The position numbers and the translations under genes were made by a program. 64,000 nt of DNA, taken from NCBI GenBank assembly GCA_973895155.1, contig OZ316897.1, positions 7,802,470 to 7,866,469 of the forward strand. Reading direction: 5' to 3'. The notes under the pieces are model-generated. The model was not told the DNA's origin. It did no database searches and was given only the letters and a program-made list of their open reading frames with translations. This document shows, in pieces, positions 14,217 through 27,879 of the stretch (its first letter is position 1; each line of letters begins with the position of its first letter). The DNA comes from Marsupella aquatica (lineage: Eukaryota; Plantae; Marchantiophyta).

Positions 14217-17200
14217 ATGTATTCAGATCAAATTAACGGCGCAGGAGCGGGTGGCAACAGGAAACGGTCAGTCAGGGAGCGTCTAGGCGGGTCTCAAGAG
14301 CAAGCAAGTTCTCCTTTCTGCCTCCCTAAGCGGTATTGACTCGATCCCACTCAAAATGAGGTAGAACTAGAAGTGGTTTAAGGCCTGCTTTGCCCTGATA
14401 AGCATTAAGGTGGAGTCAAGATTTTAGGTCATAGACAGTGTTTATGCCTCGATTCTTGGCGAAATTCAAGTGTTCACCAGTTCAGTAGTGCATATTTGCG
14501 CTCGGATAAATCATGTCCCTGCCTGGTCCTTGTAAATCAATGAAATAGAATTCTTGTGGACAATAGGAGGCGACGTCTCGTACTTCCTGTCAACCAGAAT
14601 GACGAAATAAAAAATGATGTAGAATGGCTTCTGCAATCCAAGTGGCTTGGGACTACCCCGAAAGAAAGTATACAAACAGAGTTGAAAATGGGATTTAGCG
14701 TGATGAACCAAGCGTTTTGTTTGGGGTTTAATTTATTTGTTTCTAGCTGTTAAGCACACCCGAGCAGGGTTATGTAGGACGAGTATGTAGAAGGTGATGT
14801 CTCTGAACTCGCAGCTTCGGAACATGTAATCTGCTATCTCGAGAAGATTGTCTGGTTTTCCTAATTTGATAGTGATTCTTAGTCGTTTTGTCTGGACAAG
14901 AAAAGTGCCGATCAGATAGCTGTAGTTAGTCTTTTGCTCGGACGGAGAGATAATCACAGTTAGGGGAAAAGCCTTGCATCTTGGTACGTTACCGTAGCTA
15001 GTTTAAACTCTTATGCATTCAATATCTTATGGATAAGAGGATTTAGAAAGACATGTACAGGTTTCGGGTTTGCGACTTAATTACCATAGAGAACGAGGAC
15101 CTATACGAGTCCATCCGTATTTGGGAAACGGTTATTTCATATTGTGAACTTATTGTCATATGCCTTCAAAGGCAGGGATGGGACTGAAGAACGATTGCAT
15201 TTTTCCCAAGCGGAACAACTTATTGCCTGACCTTTTGGTCTCATGTGGTTGTGGTGGTGGGTCTTTAGGACACGACTCGATGAAGGGAAGTGGAAGCATG
15301 ACCTGTACGACGAGAAAGAAGAAATAACAATACGCCAACCAAGTATCCTTACAACACAAGAACTTGTGGACCAGGGATTATATTTATATCTCAGGCTTTA
15401 TAAAATGCTAAATTCATAATAATTTGGAGGAGCGACGTCGAGTTCGTGCCCTACATTCTTCAGTAGTGTATTTTGAAGGCAGGATTTAGTGTCGGATTAC
15501 TGTTTTGAATCTCAATTCACCAGGAAATGTATGACACGTTAAATCTTAACTTTCAAAGGCGGACAGGACCTGTCAGATCTACGGTCAAGGCTTGGGCGAC
15601 GCACCGTTGGGAGAGTGCAAGGAGAGGTCTCCTCCACAGGCGGAATGAAGGATCTAAGGGAAAAGCTGTCAGGTCCTATTCAGGCCCCACAAGTAACCCG
15701 TGATGCCGCTTTGCAACGCCGTCTGCAATCAGTTGTACGTGGCTCTTCAGGGATTGCCTCACTTGCAACAAGCAGACCTGGAATTTCACGGAATAGTGCG
15801 ATTGCTCCAAAGGCTCCAATGCTGCAAAAAACTCCCATGCGTAAAGCTCAGCCCCTGGAGGTAACTTGCAGCTACTTGCATGTAAGGTTTAATATTCTAA
15901 AGCTTAGTCATTTAAGTTGTATGATAGCAAGCGGTCCACTGCGTTTGTTTCCTGGAATCAAGGACGGCGAATTTGTTCTTACCCACGGTCAATCTACGTC
16001 AACTGAATTTTTCTAGTGGCAGACTCTAGCAAAAAAAACTTCTCAAAGTTGTCTCATTGACGAAGTTACAAGGCCTGGTCTGTAGGCGTGTTATGGTCCA
16101 GATATTATACACTTATAGCGGATAAATCTTACCTTTATATTCTTGCCAGCCTTCGTTCTGAAGGTGCCTCATCTAGTCTGGATAGCTTTTACTCGGGGTG
16201 TGACAAAGAAATACTAAGAGAAACTTAGGAGCAACTCAAAACGTTTTACAGACAGTGTCCCTTCCTTTTGATGAGATGGTTACGGGGAGTGGAGTTCGCA
16301 GGGGGGTCTCTTTTCACCGCAGGGCGATGCTGATCATAATAGAGTGATTTTATATGACAAATAGAATAGCTTGGTTTGTATCCTGGGGGAAGATTGATTT
16401 AGCTTTGAACTTCTATTGCTTAAGATAAATCCTGTGTTTCCCGCTGTCCGATCCTTCAAAGAGTCTCTATGCAGATTGAGAAGAATTTCACTGCAGACAG
16501 TTTTGGGCAGAGCCGTGATTGATTTTTTCTTATCAGGCTACCGTCTGTCCAATTACAGTGCTATGCGAATGGAATGGTTGGTTGGTCTAAGCTGCAAGCT
16601 GTGCTCGCTGTGCAGATTGATGAGAACTCCATCGCAGGCTTTTTGCAGTCTTTGGGTTTGAGCAAGTATTTGATAACATTTCAAGCAGAAGAGGTATTTC
16701 CAAAATGTACCTTATCCATGCTTTTTGAGTCTTTTCCCTGAATTAATCTTGCCGTTCCTGGGGAGAGGTTTGCTTGAACTGACTGCTGAGGTATTGATTG
16801 CGGCCTTTGAACATTTAGAGTCAGATGCTTCAATGAATGCTATTAGACATTTTTGTCATGATGAATTTTAGGTAATGTTTTACTCATTTTTCAGAATTGA
16901 GCATGCAGGTAGATATGGCTGCATTAAGGCACATGGGTGATGATGATCTGAAAGAGCTTGGCGTGCCTATGGTAAGCGAGGCTTGTTGTGCCTCTCACTT
17001 ATTTTTGTTCCGAGTACTTTGGCACTGTTTTGTCTTGCTTGAAGATAGTGCTTCAGTGGACCTGTCTTCAAGAATCTATAAAGGTAGCCGTACTTCATTG
17101 GATATCCTTAGTTTAAGAGACTTTTTGTGTGTTCCTGATATACCCTGTGACATTCATACTTGCTGGAGTGACTTACCCGTGGTGCCCGAAGAAATACAGA

Positions 17201-17452
17201 TGGATTCTCCGCACTTGCAAGTTGCCCCACTGTATGCGTTGTGATTATTGCACCTCTCCCTTCATCGTCCAAGGCTTATATAACAAGCAGAAGACCACGT
17301 TCGCTCAGTACATAGTAGGGGTCCTCAGCAACACGTAGTGTAGTTGCAGTGATGTGATTGCTGTTTTTGGGCTCACCTTGTCTTATTTCTTTCGTGGTCT
17401 TGTGCAGGGCCCAAGAAAGAAGATTCTTCTAGCAGTTGGCTCGCATAGTTAA
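14217..17452 (+). CDS. Plant SAM (sterile alpha motif) domain protein, 6 coding exons
   Basis: Exons 14217-14332, 15269-15342, 15559-15860, 16616-16693, 16909-16971 and 17408-17452, GT-AG and phase-consistent. Protein MYSDQ...RKRSVRERLG...DEGKWKHDLY...DLREKLSG...FLQSLGLSKYLITFQAEEVDMAALRHMGDDDLKELGVPMGPRKKILLA. Confidence 0.9.
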
Positions 17453-19567
17453 TAAGAGTGTTCAACTGCTTCTAAAATGAAGGGACGTGGAGTACAATAG
17501 AATTCTGAAAGAAGCGGTAGAGGTCAATCCTGGGAAGGCCATCAATAGTTTTGGCTTTGCTTCATCTCTGGGAGCAATTTGAGTGGAAGCTCGTGTTATG
17601 GGTGACCCTAGCTGTTAGATTTTTGGACGACTTCCAGGAGCTGCAAAGGTCTTGAAGCCTAAGGGTTTGTGTCACAAGACTTTCAATGTCTGTAAAGTAA
17701 GCCCTTAGTTCACAATGACGAAGCTGAGCCTTAAAGTGCCAGGAGGTATTGAGGGTGGAGCATGCGCGTTGGCCTTCAAATGGCTGAGATGCCAAATGAA
17801 TATTTCAGGTCGTCTTTGATGTGAACAAGTTGTCTGTTAGTACACTGTTTGGCTAGGCGTACATTACCAAGCCCGTTTTTCGATGCACTATTTTAGCACA
17901 GGTTCGTGCCCAGGTCAGCACCTGAGATGGAATTTATTGAAGCCGTCTTCAGAATGTATTCGTTGTAACCAGTACAATTTTGAGCTGAGATGTTATTAAT
18001 CTGTAGTGTTGAATAGCTAATTGATGTCATTGCTTTCAACAACTACCACCTGGAAGACGGCTCACACTTCTAATAGAACTTGTTTATTGTATCGTTCTGA
18101 CAGTTCTTAACATCAGGGCTTGACCATGGACCAGCTGAAGTTAGGGTTCCGGGTCCCAACTTTGTGCTCCCCAAATGCATCACCGGGCTCCTCTCTTGGT
18201 CGATGTCATTCTCACTGGTTCGGTGCCTTTTGGAATCGAATATGGATTGTGTTTTACGGTAGGTATTGGTAGCAAGGAGCCTGTTCTCCTCTGCGAAAGT
18301 CATTGAGGTCCAGCTGATCTCAATTGTTGATCTGGGATCTAACATGCCACAAGAGATCACTTAGAAATGACGGTTTCGGATAAGTAGTCTAGGCCAACAG
18401 TTAGTTGTATCCTTTGTAAACTTTGTATCATTCTGAATAAAGTGTGGGTCCCTTCCTGAGCTCAATAGTTGCCGAGGGTTCAGAAACGCTACAAGAGATC
18501 ACTTGGAAATGACAGTCTGGTAACATTAGTCTAGAGTTAGACCAAAGCTACTTTGTATCATCTATCTGACAGTCTCATTACGTAGTCAAATAGGGCGGGA
18601 CCAAACTACTTTGTATCACTCGCAAGGATTCTCATGCAAATCCCCCCCTCATTTGTTCCACCAAATCTCTCAAAACTAACAATTAATATGATTCTACGAG
18701 TGGGAGGGGCTGGGGATAATTTTGATGCCGCATCGGGCTGGACTGGACTGGGTGGGGCAGGGCTGTCTGCCCGGGTTGGGTAGGGCAGTGCCAGGAGTGA
18801 TGCCAGGAGCTGCAGGGAAGGGCCGGCTTGGGTTGGGAGGTCATGGCCGGGCCGGGAAGTCAAGATCGGGCGGTCGGGACGGTCTGGGTGACGGGTTGCA
18901 GGTTGATGGACTCTAAAGCCTCTATTTGTCGGGCAAGTCCAAACCGGATTATAAACCGGATTGAAAGAAAGTAAAAAAGATGTTAAAAAATAATAAATTG
19001 GATTAAAAAAGATGTTAAAAAATAAATATATGGTAGAGCAATAGAGATATATAATAGTGTTCTTGATGTGATAAGCTGTGAATGCAATAAATGCCAGGGC
19101 CAAGGTCCATAGAGACAAAATACTAATCTCAAATACCAATTTCATGTGTTTCCAGGGTGCAAAATACTAATTTCATAACTTTTTGGAAAAAGAAGCCCAT
19201 ATGGACAGCCAGGTTCAGACTCACAACCACATGGACATCATTAAATACTCTTTTGTGCTCAAATCTACTACTATAATATGGAATCCCCACCAAAATGGGG
19301 AATCATCCGTTTACAAATTCACTTTTGAAGGGAACTTTCTCTCACCATTGGATTTATATTTTCTTTTATTTTGGCTTTTTATTATTCAAAAAGCAATATC
19401 CCTAATCCAAGAGAGACAAGACAAAGTATTTTGGTATACCACAAAGATTCTGTAGGAGGGAGATCTGTCATAGGCTCTATGTGAGTGCCATGTGTTATCA
19501 TTGGGAAGGGGGCACTTGGGACACCATTATGAGTGGACAAGGACTAGAAACCATAGAGTTCAAAATA

Positions 19568-21075
19568 ATTAAGCACGAGAGGCAATCTCGAGGTGCATTA
19601 AGGCACTAATCGTACTTCGTCGGGCAGCTGGGTCTTTCGGGCAGTTTGGGTGACACGTCACCCGAAATGGGTTTAGGGACGAGCCATGACAATGAGCCCT
19701 GTCCCTGGCGCATTGGGACTGTACCTCGCGATTTCGCCCACGGCCCTTCACCGGACTTCATGTCCCTCCCGCAGCAGCCCGTCGCAGCGATCCCGTCGCC
19801 CATCAAATTGCCAGGCCGAACCCCCCATCGCTGCGGTTCCCCCCGTCGCCAACGTATACACCGTATTTTTACGTGTTTCCCCGTTGCCAATGTATCCCCG
19901 TATTTTTACGTCGTGGTTTGGACGGGGTACACATTCAAAATGAAGGAACACTGCGCATTTTCGAGGGGGGAACCATATTCTCTCTGTTTGCAATGTGGAC
20001 TTTTGTGTTTTCTTCGAGCAATTCCATCGGGCAATTCCATCATTGAACACAATGGCGGACCATTCGCCGGTAGTAGGGGATGACAAGGAAAATTGGCAAA
20101 ATCCAATACCCCCACCGGTGTATGTGAAGGACGCAGTGTTTACCGGGCCAAACACTCTTTTCCGACAGGCATTCACCACTATTAAGGACTCAAATGGAGT
20201 CAAACCTGATTTGCAAGCAGATTCGGCAGGCATACACGACAAGGCTAGTGACATCTATGTCAAAGACTCTATGAAGCCACCATGGAATCGTCCGGATCCC
20301 ATATACAAGCATGTAGTGCAGGTTTCCCGCAATTGACTTGCAAGGTATCGTCTGATAAAAGTAGCTGAAAATGGAACATTTGCATAAACTTTCCATTCCC
20401 AACAGAATCATGGAGACACAGCTTATGAGACGGCCCTTCAATTGACACCTTACATATTCCCATGGGGGTCCTCTCGGTGCATCCACGATATGTAAATTTC
20501 CTTGGGAATGGATTTGCTGCCTCAAAATTAAGGAGTGTGACGTGCATTGGACCAACGAGACGACAATGTCGATCAAGAATGGCAGCATTAACATCGCTCA
20601 AGGATGCCATCACAAGAAGACTTGCCTGAGACTCCGATCTGTCAGCAACCGTGTTCAAATGTGCGAAACAATGGGGGCGCTCTGGTCGACGATTAAGCAG
20701 CCCTAAACACTTCGGACCGAATCTCCACGCGATTGCTCCAACTTGCACCTCGACAAAACAATGAAACACGTAAAAATACGGTGTATACGTTGGCGACGGG
20801 GGGAACCGCAGCGATGGGGGGTTCGGCGTGGCAATTTGATGGGCGACGGGATCGCTGCGACGGGCTGCTGCGGGAGGGACATGAAGTCCGGTGAAGGGCC
20901 GTGGGCGAAATCGTGAGGTACAGTCCCAATGCGCCAGGGACAGGGCTCATTGTCATGGCTCGTCCCTAAACCCATTTCGGGTGACGTGTCACCCAAAACT
21001 GCCCGAAAGACCCAGCTGCCCGACGAAGTACAATTAGTGCCTTAATGCACCTCGAGATTGCCTCTCGTGCTTAAT
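19568..21075. mobile_element. Non-autonomous long-TIR DNA transposon (MULE/Pack-type), 1508 bp
   Basis: TIRs 19568-19879 and 20763-21075 (~312 bp; about 3 mismatches and 1 indel seen), starting ATTAAGCACGAG. The 8-bp TSD tcaaaata is at 19560-19567 and 21076-21083. Confidence 0.92.
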
Positions 21076-21309
21076 TCAAAATAGGGAGGGGAAATTAATG
21101 ATGCACTCATGGGTGAGAGGCTCAATAATATTTTACCATACCATAAGTAAGTAGATGGAGTGGATGAGACAAAGTGGAGGAAATGGATATGAAATCAAGT
21201 TTTGGGGCTCATATAGCATGCTCATCCTGGAACATGCTTTACTTTTTGTCTTGTAGTGATATTAAGTGGACAAAATTAAAGAGTAAGACTAGAATACATA
21301 TTAAATGTG

Positions 21310-21500
21310 AATGAAATCAAATAATATAAATAAAGTACATGCAATAAAAGCACATAGTGACCAATGGAAAGTACAATTTTATTACACAAAGTTGCTACGA
21401 GTTGTGCACAATGAAATCAAATAATATAAATAAAGCACATGCAATAAAAGCACATAGTGACCAATGGAAAGTACAATTTTATTACACAAAGATCCTACGA
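21310..21500. repeat. Two-copy tandem duplication, ~101-bp period
   Basis: aatgaaatcaaataatataaataaag...attacacaaag occurs at ~21310 and ~21411. Confidence 0.8.
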
Positions 21501-22520
21501 GTTGTGCACGTATTTCAGTGTGTCTTATTAATGACTCTTATTCAATAAAAACCATAAACTTAGGAAAGAAAGCCACAAGGGGAGCTTAAGAAAGGATGTG
21601 CTGACATTTCTTAGAATCATTCCTCTCACTCATGAGTATACTTAAAAGCGGTAGAAAATGAAGCCCTTAGTTTCTCTCTAGGACTTAACAAAGTTTACAA
21701 ACTATATAAATTAAGGGGGCTGCCAAAATAAATTCAAAACACTATAGAATACCAAAAATTTAAAGGGGGTCCAAAAATGAATTAAAAGTCTATGTGATAC
21801 AAAGGATGCCCCTTGTTAAAGTACATTCAAATAAAAATTCATGATACACAAATATGAATAAGACAAAACATGAGAGTTGGATTCACCATATAGCAGCTTC
21901 AAAAATTTTGGGCTCAGTATGCTTACCAAAATCTAAAAAGGCAAGAACAAATCTAGATCATCCATTGAAAAGGCCATTTTTAATGACCATTAGATATACC
22001 AAAATCATCCATTTGTCTCCCCTAAGGTATATTTCACATGCACAGGTGTGTAAGGCCAAGGTACTACCTCCAAGGCACACTTGACCATTTAATGCTCTAC
22101 AGTTGTGGACAATTGTACTTGAAGGTACAATAATTATGGGGCTAATTAGAGCATATTTTTTGGTTTCTCATAGAGGTTATACATTCCCCAAATTATACGA
22201 CACTATGCACCATAAGGATACATAGAAGTTGGCCTCTGATTTGGCCTCGAGGAAAAAGGAAGAGGGGTTGGGGGGGGGGGGGGGGGGGAGGCGGCAATAT
22301 AGAAAAAACAAGTAAGGAAGGGAAAAGTGTAATAAATGGAATAAAGTAATAAAAGGTGGGGAAAGGATGAGAAGTAAAATAATCCGGGGATAGTTTAATA
22401 CTTTTGTGCACACCAAAAATTGAAATTGAAATTTAAAAATTAAAACAAAAACTCTCCCTATGCGGGACCATGCTTGGTGAGAGAATGGGATGTGAGATTG
22501 GTGACGAAAACAATTTCTTA

Positions 22521-24359
22521 TCTACAAAACTAAATCTTTTACAACCAAGACATATTTATGCAATAAAACCCTAAATGCAACAACATCATTTACATAACAA
22601 TTTCTTTTACATAATGACATTTTTTCTTCATCACCTCGTTTGTTAACAATATTGTTTCCACAATTACACATTTTGTGCATATGATCTTTAGCACAACAAT
22701 ATTTTTATGCAATGACATCTTTTGCACAACAATTTTTTTGGTGCAATGCAAGGAGAATGAGCTCGCCCCTATTCATTTGCGTTGCCTTGACATCTTTGTC
22801 TCTCCTTAGTTGAAATTTTTTCCTCGCCTTGACATCTTTTCCTTGCCTCAAAATTGTTTCCTCCCTCAACATACTTTCCTTACCTCGACTTTGCCTTCAC
22901 GTCTTTTCCTTGCCTTGAAATCTTTTGTGCAACGCTCGCCTACATTGCTTTGCATCGCCTCAACAGTTTTGTGTCACCTTGACGTCTTTCCCTCTCCTTG
23001 ACATCGTTTGCTCCCTTCAACATTTTGTCCTCACCTCAACATCTTTTCCTCACTCCGACATCGTTTGTGCAACGCACAGGCTTTTGCTTCTAGATTTCAA
23101 GGAGGGTCTTGTAAGGTTAACCAAAAATGTCGTATATGATGAATTCTTCATTGAACATGAATAAAGTTTGCATGAGTGTTGTATTAATGTCTTCAACATG
23201 TTCTCATATTTGTATTAAGCATCTTATGTATTTCATTTTCATTATGTTTGCCGTATCCCATGACATCTTTTATCGCCTTGACATATGTGCCTCGCCTAAA
23301 CATATACTTTTTTTTTTATCTCAAAACTTTTTAATCTCCTCATCTTTTCTCTCATGAACATCTTTTGCTCACCTCAATATCTTTTTCTCTCTCTGATATA
23401 TTTTTCTCACATCAACATCTTTGTATCACCTTGACATCTTTGTATCACTCGACATCTTTTTATCACCTTGACGTCTTTCGTGCAACGCACGGGCATCGGG
23501 CTAGTAAAGAACATAAGTAAGCAATAAGAGGGAAAAAGGAGGAGAAAGGGACACCCTTGCTTTGTATTCAGTTGTGGAAGGGTTTTTGTTTTGTTTTGGG
23601 TGGGGGGCGGGGGGGGGGGGGGTTGGGTTCAGTGTCAGCCCAAGAGAAAGGGGGCGAGGAGGCCATGAGGAGGAGTGGGGATGTCACCTTGGACCTAGCG
23701 TTGTGCAAATGCGTGTGCCTCGGTTGCCATCATCTATCTCATGGTCTCCTCTGTTACTTTTGCAACAACACATTTTTAACATGGACATCTTTTATGCAAT
23801 GACATCTTTTACGTAACATCTTATGTGCAATACACGAGTATTGAGCACAATCACAACATCTGTATGGTCGGGATCACACATAAAATGTCTGAACAACTAC
23901 ATTGCAAATATGTTTGGCCTCACCTTGACATCTTTTCTTGCCTTCACATATTTTTCTTGCCTTTCCTTATTTATCTCTCCTTATTTACCTCGCATTGACA
24001 ACGTTTTTCACATTGACATCTTCATCTCACCACAACATTTTCTTCCCACCCTCGATGACTTTTCTATTTTCAACATCTTTTTCTCTCCTCAACATCTTTT
24101 CTCACCTGGCTTGACATATTTTCTTCACCTTGACATCTTTTCTTGCCTTGACATCTTATTTTTTTCTCATCTCGCCATCTTTTCCTCACCTTGAAATCTT
24201 TATCTAACCAATACATCTTTTCCTCACCCTCAACGTCTATTCTCTCTTTGACATCTTTTCCTCATCTTTGCATCTTTTTCTCACCTTGCCATCTTTTCTC
24301 ACCTCAACTTCTTTGCCTGACCTCAAAATCTTTTGTGCAACGCACAAGCATGAGGCTAG
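22521..24359 (+). mobile_element. Cluster of non-autonomous Helitron-like sequences with a GACATCTTTT minisatellite
   Basis: Helitron-type 3' ends: cgtgc-aac-gcacg hairpin then CTAG|T ending at 23504, and tgtgcaacgcacaagcatgaggCTAG|T ending at 24359. Further degenerate ends near 22740, 22926, 23065-23092 and 23824. The 5' boundary is approximate. Confidence 0.65.
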
Positions 24360-25100
24360 TGATCCATAATACACCAACAAGTAAGGGGTGACAAGACACA
24401 AGATTTTTTACTTAAGGAACTCTCTAATTTTCTAATGAAAGTTGGGTGAAATCAGGTTTGTTGGAAAGCTCTTTCCAAGCCTGGTCTAAAGAGCAGAGAA
24501 ATTTACTGAAAACCAAAATTCAAACCAAAATCCAACAAGGTGAGAAAAAGATGCAAAGATGAGGAAAAGATGTCAAGCAAAAATAGCCCTAGCTTTGTGG
24601 TCTACGTGGCAGTGATTAGTTTTGAGGTTTTTGAGTAGTTGCAAAAAACAACATTTTTTGGTGATTTTTTCACATGAGTGATTTGGAGGGGCAATTCAAA
24701 GATGTGGAACTTGAAGCACGTACGAGGCTCAATGACATTGACAAACTTGAATATTTCAGCTAAGGAGCTCCAGAAGCTACCTGCACAAGATTTTGTTGTC
24801 TAAAGTCTCTTCGATAGATCAGGATAGATTGTCCAAAATTGGAGATGTCACCCGAAAGCCTAGGAAATCTTGGTCTGCTAGGGCGTCTCAAATACAATGA
24901 ATTTTTGCGCATGACCTCGTCTGGGAGTGTTGTGACCCGGGGGAACAGGGTTTGAGGAGGAGAAATCACCACGGCGGTTTGAGGAGGAGAAAGAAGAGCA
25001 GGAGAAAGAGCATGTGACATTAGTACCATCACCGGTGCGACGTGTGGTGGAGGAGGTAGTCATACTACCAGAGCTAACGGTAGTTGTGAAGGAAAAAGAA

Positions 25101-27879
25101 ATGGCATCCAGGTTCACAAGTGTCAAGTTTGAGGTGGAAAATTGTGATGAGCATACGAACTACTTGCTTTGGGAGAAGTAAGTGAAAGGAGTTCTTTGTG
25201 CTATGGGCCTAGATCATCTTCTCTCTACGCAAGAGATGTACGATGGTAAAGAGGAGATTCCACTAAAGAGGTGGAGACAAGAATACATGATTGCAATGAA
25301 TATGGTGATGCTTCATTTGAAGCCGCATGTCATCAAGAAGTTGGATGACTATGCGGATTGTGTATTTGTTCAAAGCCCTAAGGGAGAAGTACTATCAGGA
25401 GGATGTCTCAGACCAATTTTACAAGAAGTCTCTCTTGATGAGCTTGAGACTCAAAGAGAGGAACAAGCTTTAGGATCCCTTGGTTGAATTCGACAGCCCA
25501 GTTGTTGATTTGTCTAATCTTGGTAAGGGCGTTGAAGAAGAGGACAAGGCCTAGGCTTGCTTCTACTTAGCTTCTTACCCCTTCTTATAAAGGTTTGAAG
25601 CAGGTTCTCTTGTATAGAGATTTGAAGTCTATTTCATACGATGAGGTGGTAAGCTCTTTGCTGTCAAATGATGCACAAAAGAAATTGGGTCAAGCCCACA
25701 CAACATCTTCATCTGGTACTATGTTGAATGTAAACCGTGGGAGATCTATGTAGCGGACAAATGAAGAAAATAGGTTTAAATCTAAGTCAAGGAGAAGATC
25801 TAAATCTAGAGTGAAATCGCAAGAGAGGAAGCCTCTTGCATGTTGGAGATGTGGCAAGTCTGGCCACATGAAGAGGGATTATCGGGTAAAGGACTCTACC
25901 ACATCAGCTAAATGCGGCATCTAGCACACATAAGGTAGATTTACTCAATAATGACATTTTATGATGCCAAGGTTTTGCTTTCAACGTATTGTCACGTCAA
26001 GGCGATGATGACTGGATAATAGATAGTGCATGTACCTTCATATTTGTATAGGAGAGATCCTTTTTATTCTTACATGGTTTCCAAGGGTTTAGTGTTGATG
26101 AGAAATGGAATCTCATGTCAAGTGGTTAGAATTGGATCTGTGAGATTTTAGATGTTTGATGGTGTTGTGAGAACTTTGAAGAATGTGAAATATATTCCCA
26201 ACATGATGAAAAATCTTATTTCACTTGGAATGTTAGAAGCAAATGGCCATCGATGGAGTTATGCAAATGATGTCTTTCAGGTTTCAATTGGTACTAAGGT
26301 TGTGTTGAAGGGAAAGATGCACAAAAATCTATACGTTTTGGAGAGCAATGTAGTCTATGATGAAGCCAATGTAACCTTATCTCATGAGGAGACGGCCCAA
26401 CTGTGGCACTTCAGATTGGGTCACATGAGTGAAAAAGATTTGGCTGCTCTTCAAAAAAAGGATTACTTTCTAATTTACAATCTTGTAAGTTAGATTTCTG
26501 TGAGCATTGTGTGTTTGGAAAACAACAAGACGCCATTTGAAATGAGGTACAGGCGTCCAGTGGATTATTCACATCTGAAGGTTTTTGTCTGTGATGCTTA
26601 TGTGCTTACACCTTCCCAACTTTGGTCTAAATTGGAGTCCAAGTTGAGGAAGTGCATTTTCCTTGGGTATCAAAAAGGTGTAAAAGATTATAGGTTATGA
26701 GATCTAGTAATTTCTAAGTTAATTATCAGTAAAGATGTTTTCTTTAATGAAACCAAATCATCAAAGGAGGAGGAGAGGTCTCAAGGCTCCCATACTGACA
26801 AGGGAAAATCTCCTATCCCAGACCCAGTTGGGGGGGAGATAAGTCATGATGATGTTTTTGATAGGAGAGAAAGAGATGCTTTGGGTATGGAGCTAGTTCT
26901 TGTGATGGAACAAGATGAGCAAATTGATGTTGATGTACCTCAAATTCAGCCAGTAATAGCAGAAGATCAACTTGAATCATCTACTAGAAGAACTTCCAGT
27001 CGTTCTACTAGAGCTTCTACCAGGTATGGACAATGGGAAAATTCATCTAAATTAGATGATATTAACATTGCGCCTGACGATGATCATATGGCTTTGATCT
27101 TGGAAGAAGGAGAGCCTTCTTTGTATCATGAGGCAAGTGCTTCAAAGTAGAAGCAAGAGTGGACTGCAGTAATGCAAATAGAGATGCAGTCACTAAAGGA
27201 CAACAAGACTTGAGAGTTGGTCAAACTTCTTGAAGACCAGCAAGTGGTGGACAACAAGTGGATTTACAACCTGAAGGATCAATCCATAGGAGGTGGATCG
27301 AAGGTCTACAAGGCTAGGTTGGTAGCCAAGGGATTCATACAGGAAAAATGTGTGGATTACAATGAGGTCTCCTCACCAGTTGCTAAGTACTCTTCAATAC
27401 AACTATTGTGTGAGTATTATTTATTTGGTCTGCTGCTAGATTAGATAGATGTTGTCACAACTTTCCTCTATGGCACCTTGGAAGAGGTGATCTTCATGAG
27501 ATAGTCGCTAGGTTTTGTGAAGAAAGGGCAAGAAGATTTGGTTTGCATATTGCTGAGATCCTTGTATGGGTTGAAGCAATCACCAAGGCAGTGGAATAAA
27601 GGGTTTGATGATTGGATCCGTGCACAAGGTTTTCACAGGAATGTGTTTGATCCTTGTGTATATCTTAAACCGGTGAAGAATGTTTTTTTTGGTTTCATTG
27701 TTTTAGTACTTTATGTGGATGACATGCTTATTGCAGCCAATGATAGATCTGAGATTGTTAAGGCACTGCCCATGGTGGTTTTTAGGGGGAGACCTATTTA
27801 GGTGATTGTCTAGAATTTCCCGTCGAGAATACCATATGGTAGCAATTAGTCCAGTTAAAACTAGAGTCAAGGGGGAGTT
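25101..27879 (+). mobile_element. Degenerate, internally deleted Ty1/copia retrotransposon (gag-PR-[IN core missing]-RT-[RNase H missing])
   Basis: Gag start KFEVE, zinc knuckle CWRCGKSGHMKRD (~25840), protease WIIDSACT (~26013) and GAG-pre-integrase LWHFRLGHMSEK. Also SKLESKLRKCIFLGY, RT motifs YKARLVAKGF, LYGLKQSPRQW and LYVDDMLIA, and PPT aagggggag at ~27869-27877. Many stops and frameshifts. Confidence 0.93.

Noticed and set aside
19569-20996. Mirror-image ORFs MGDTSPEMGLG... and MTMSPVPGALG... on both strands
   Set aside because: They are translations of the two GC-rich TIRs, not duplicated genes.
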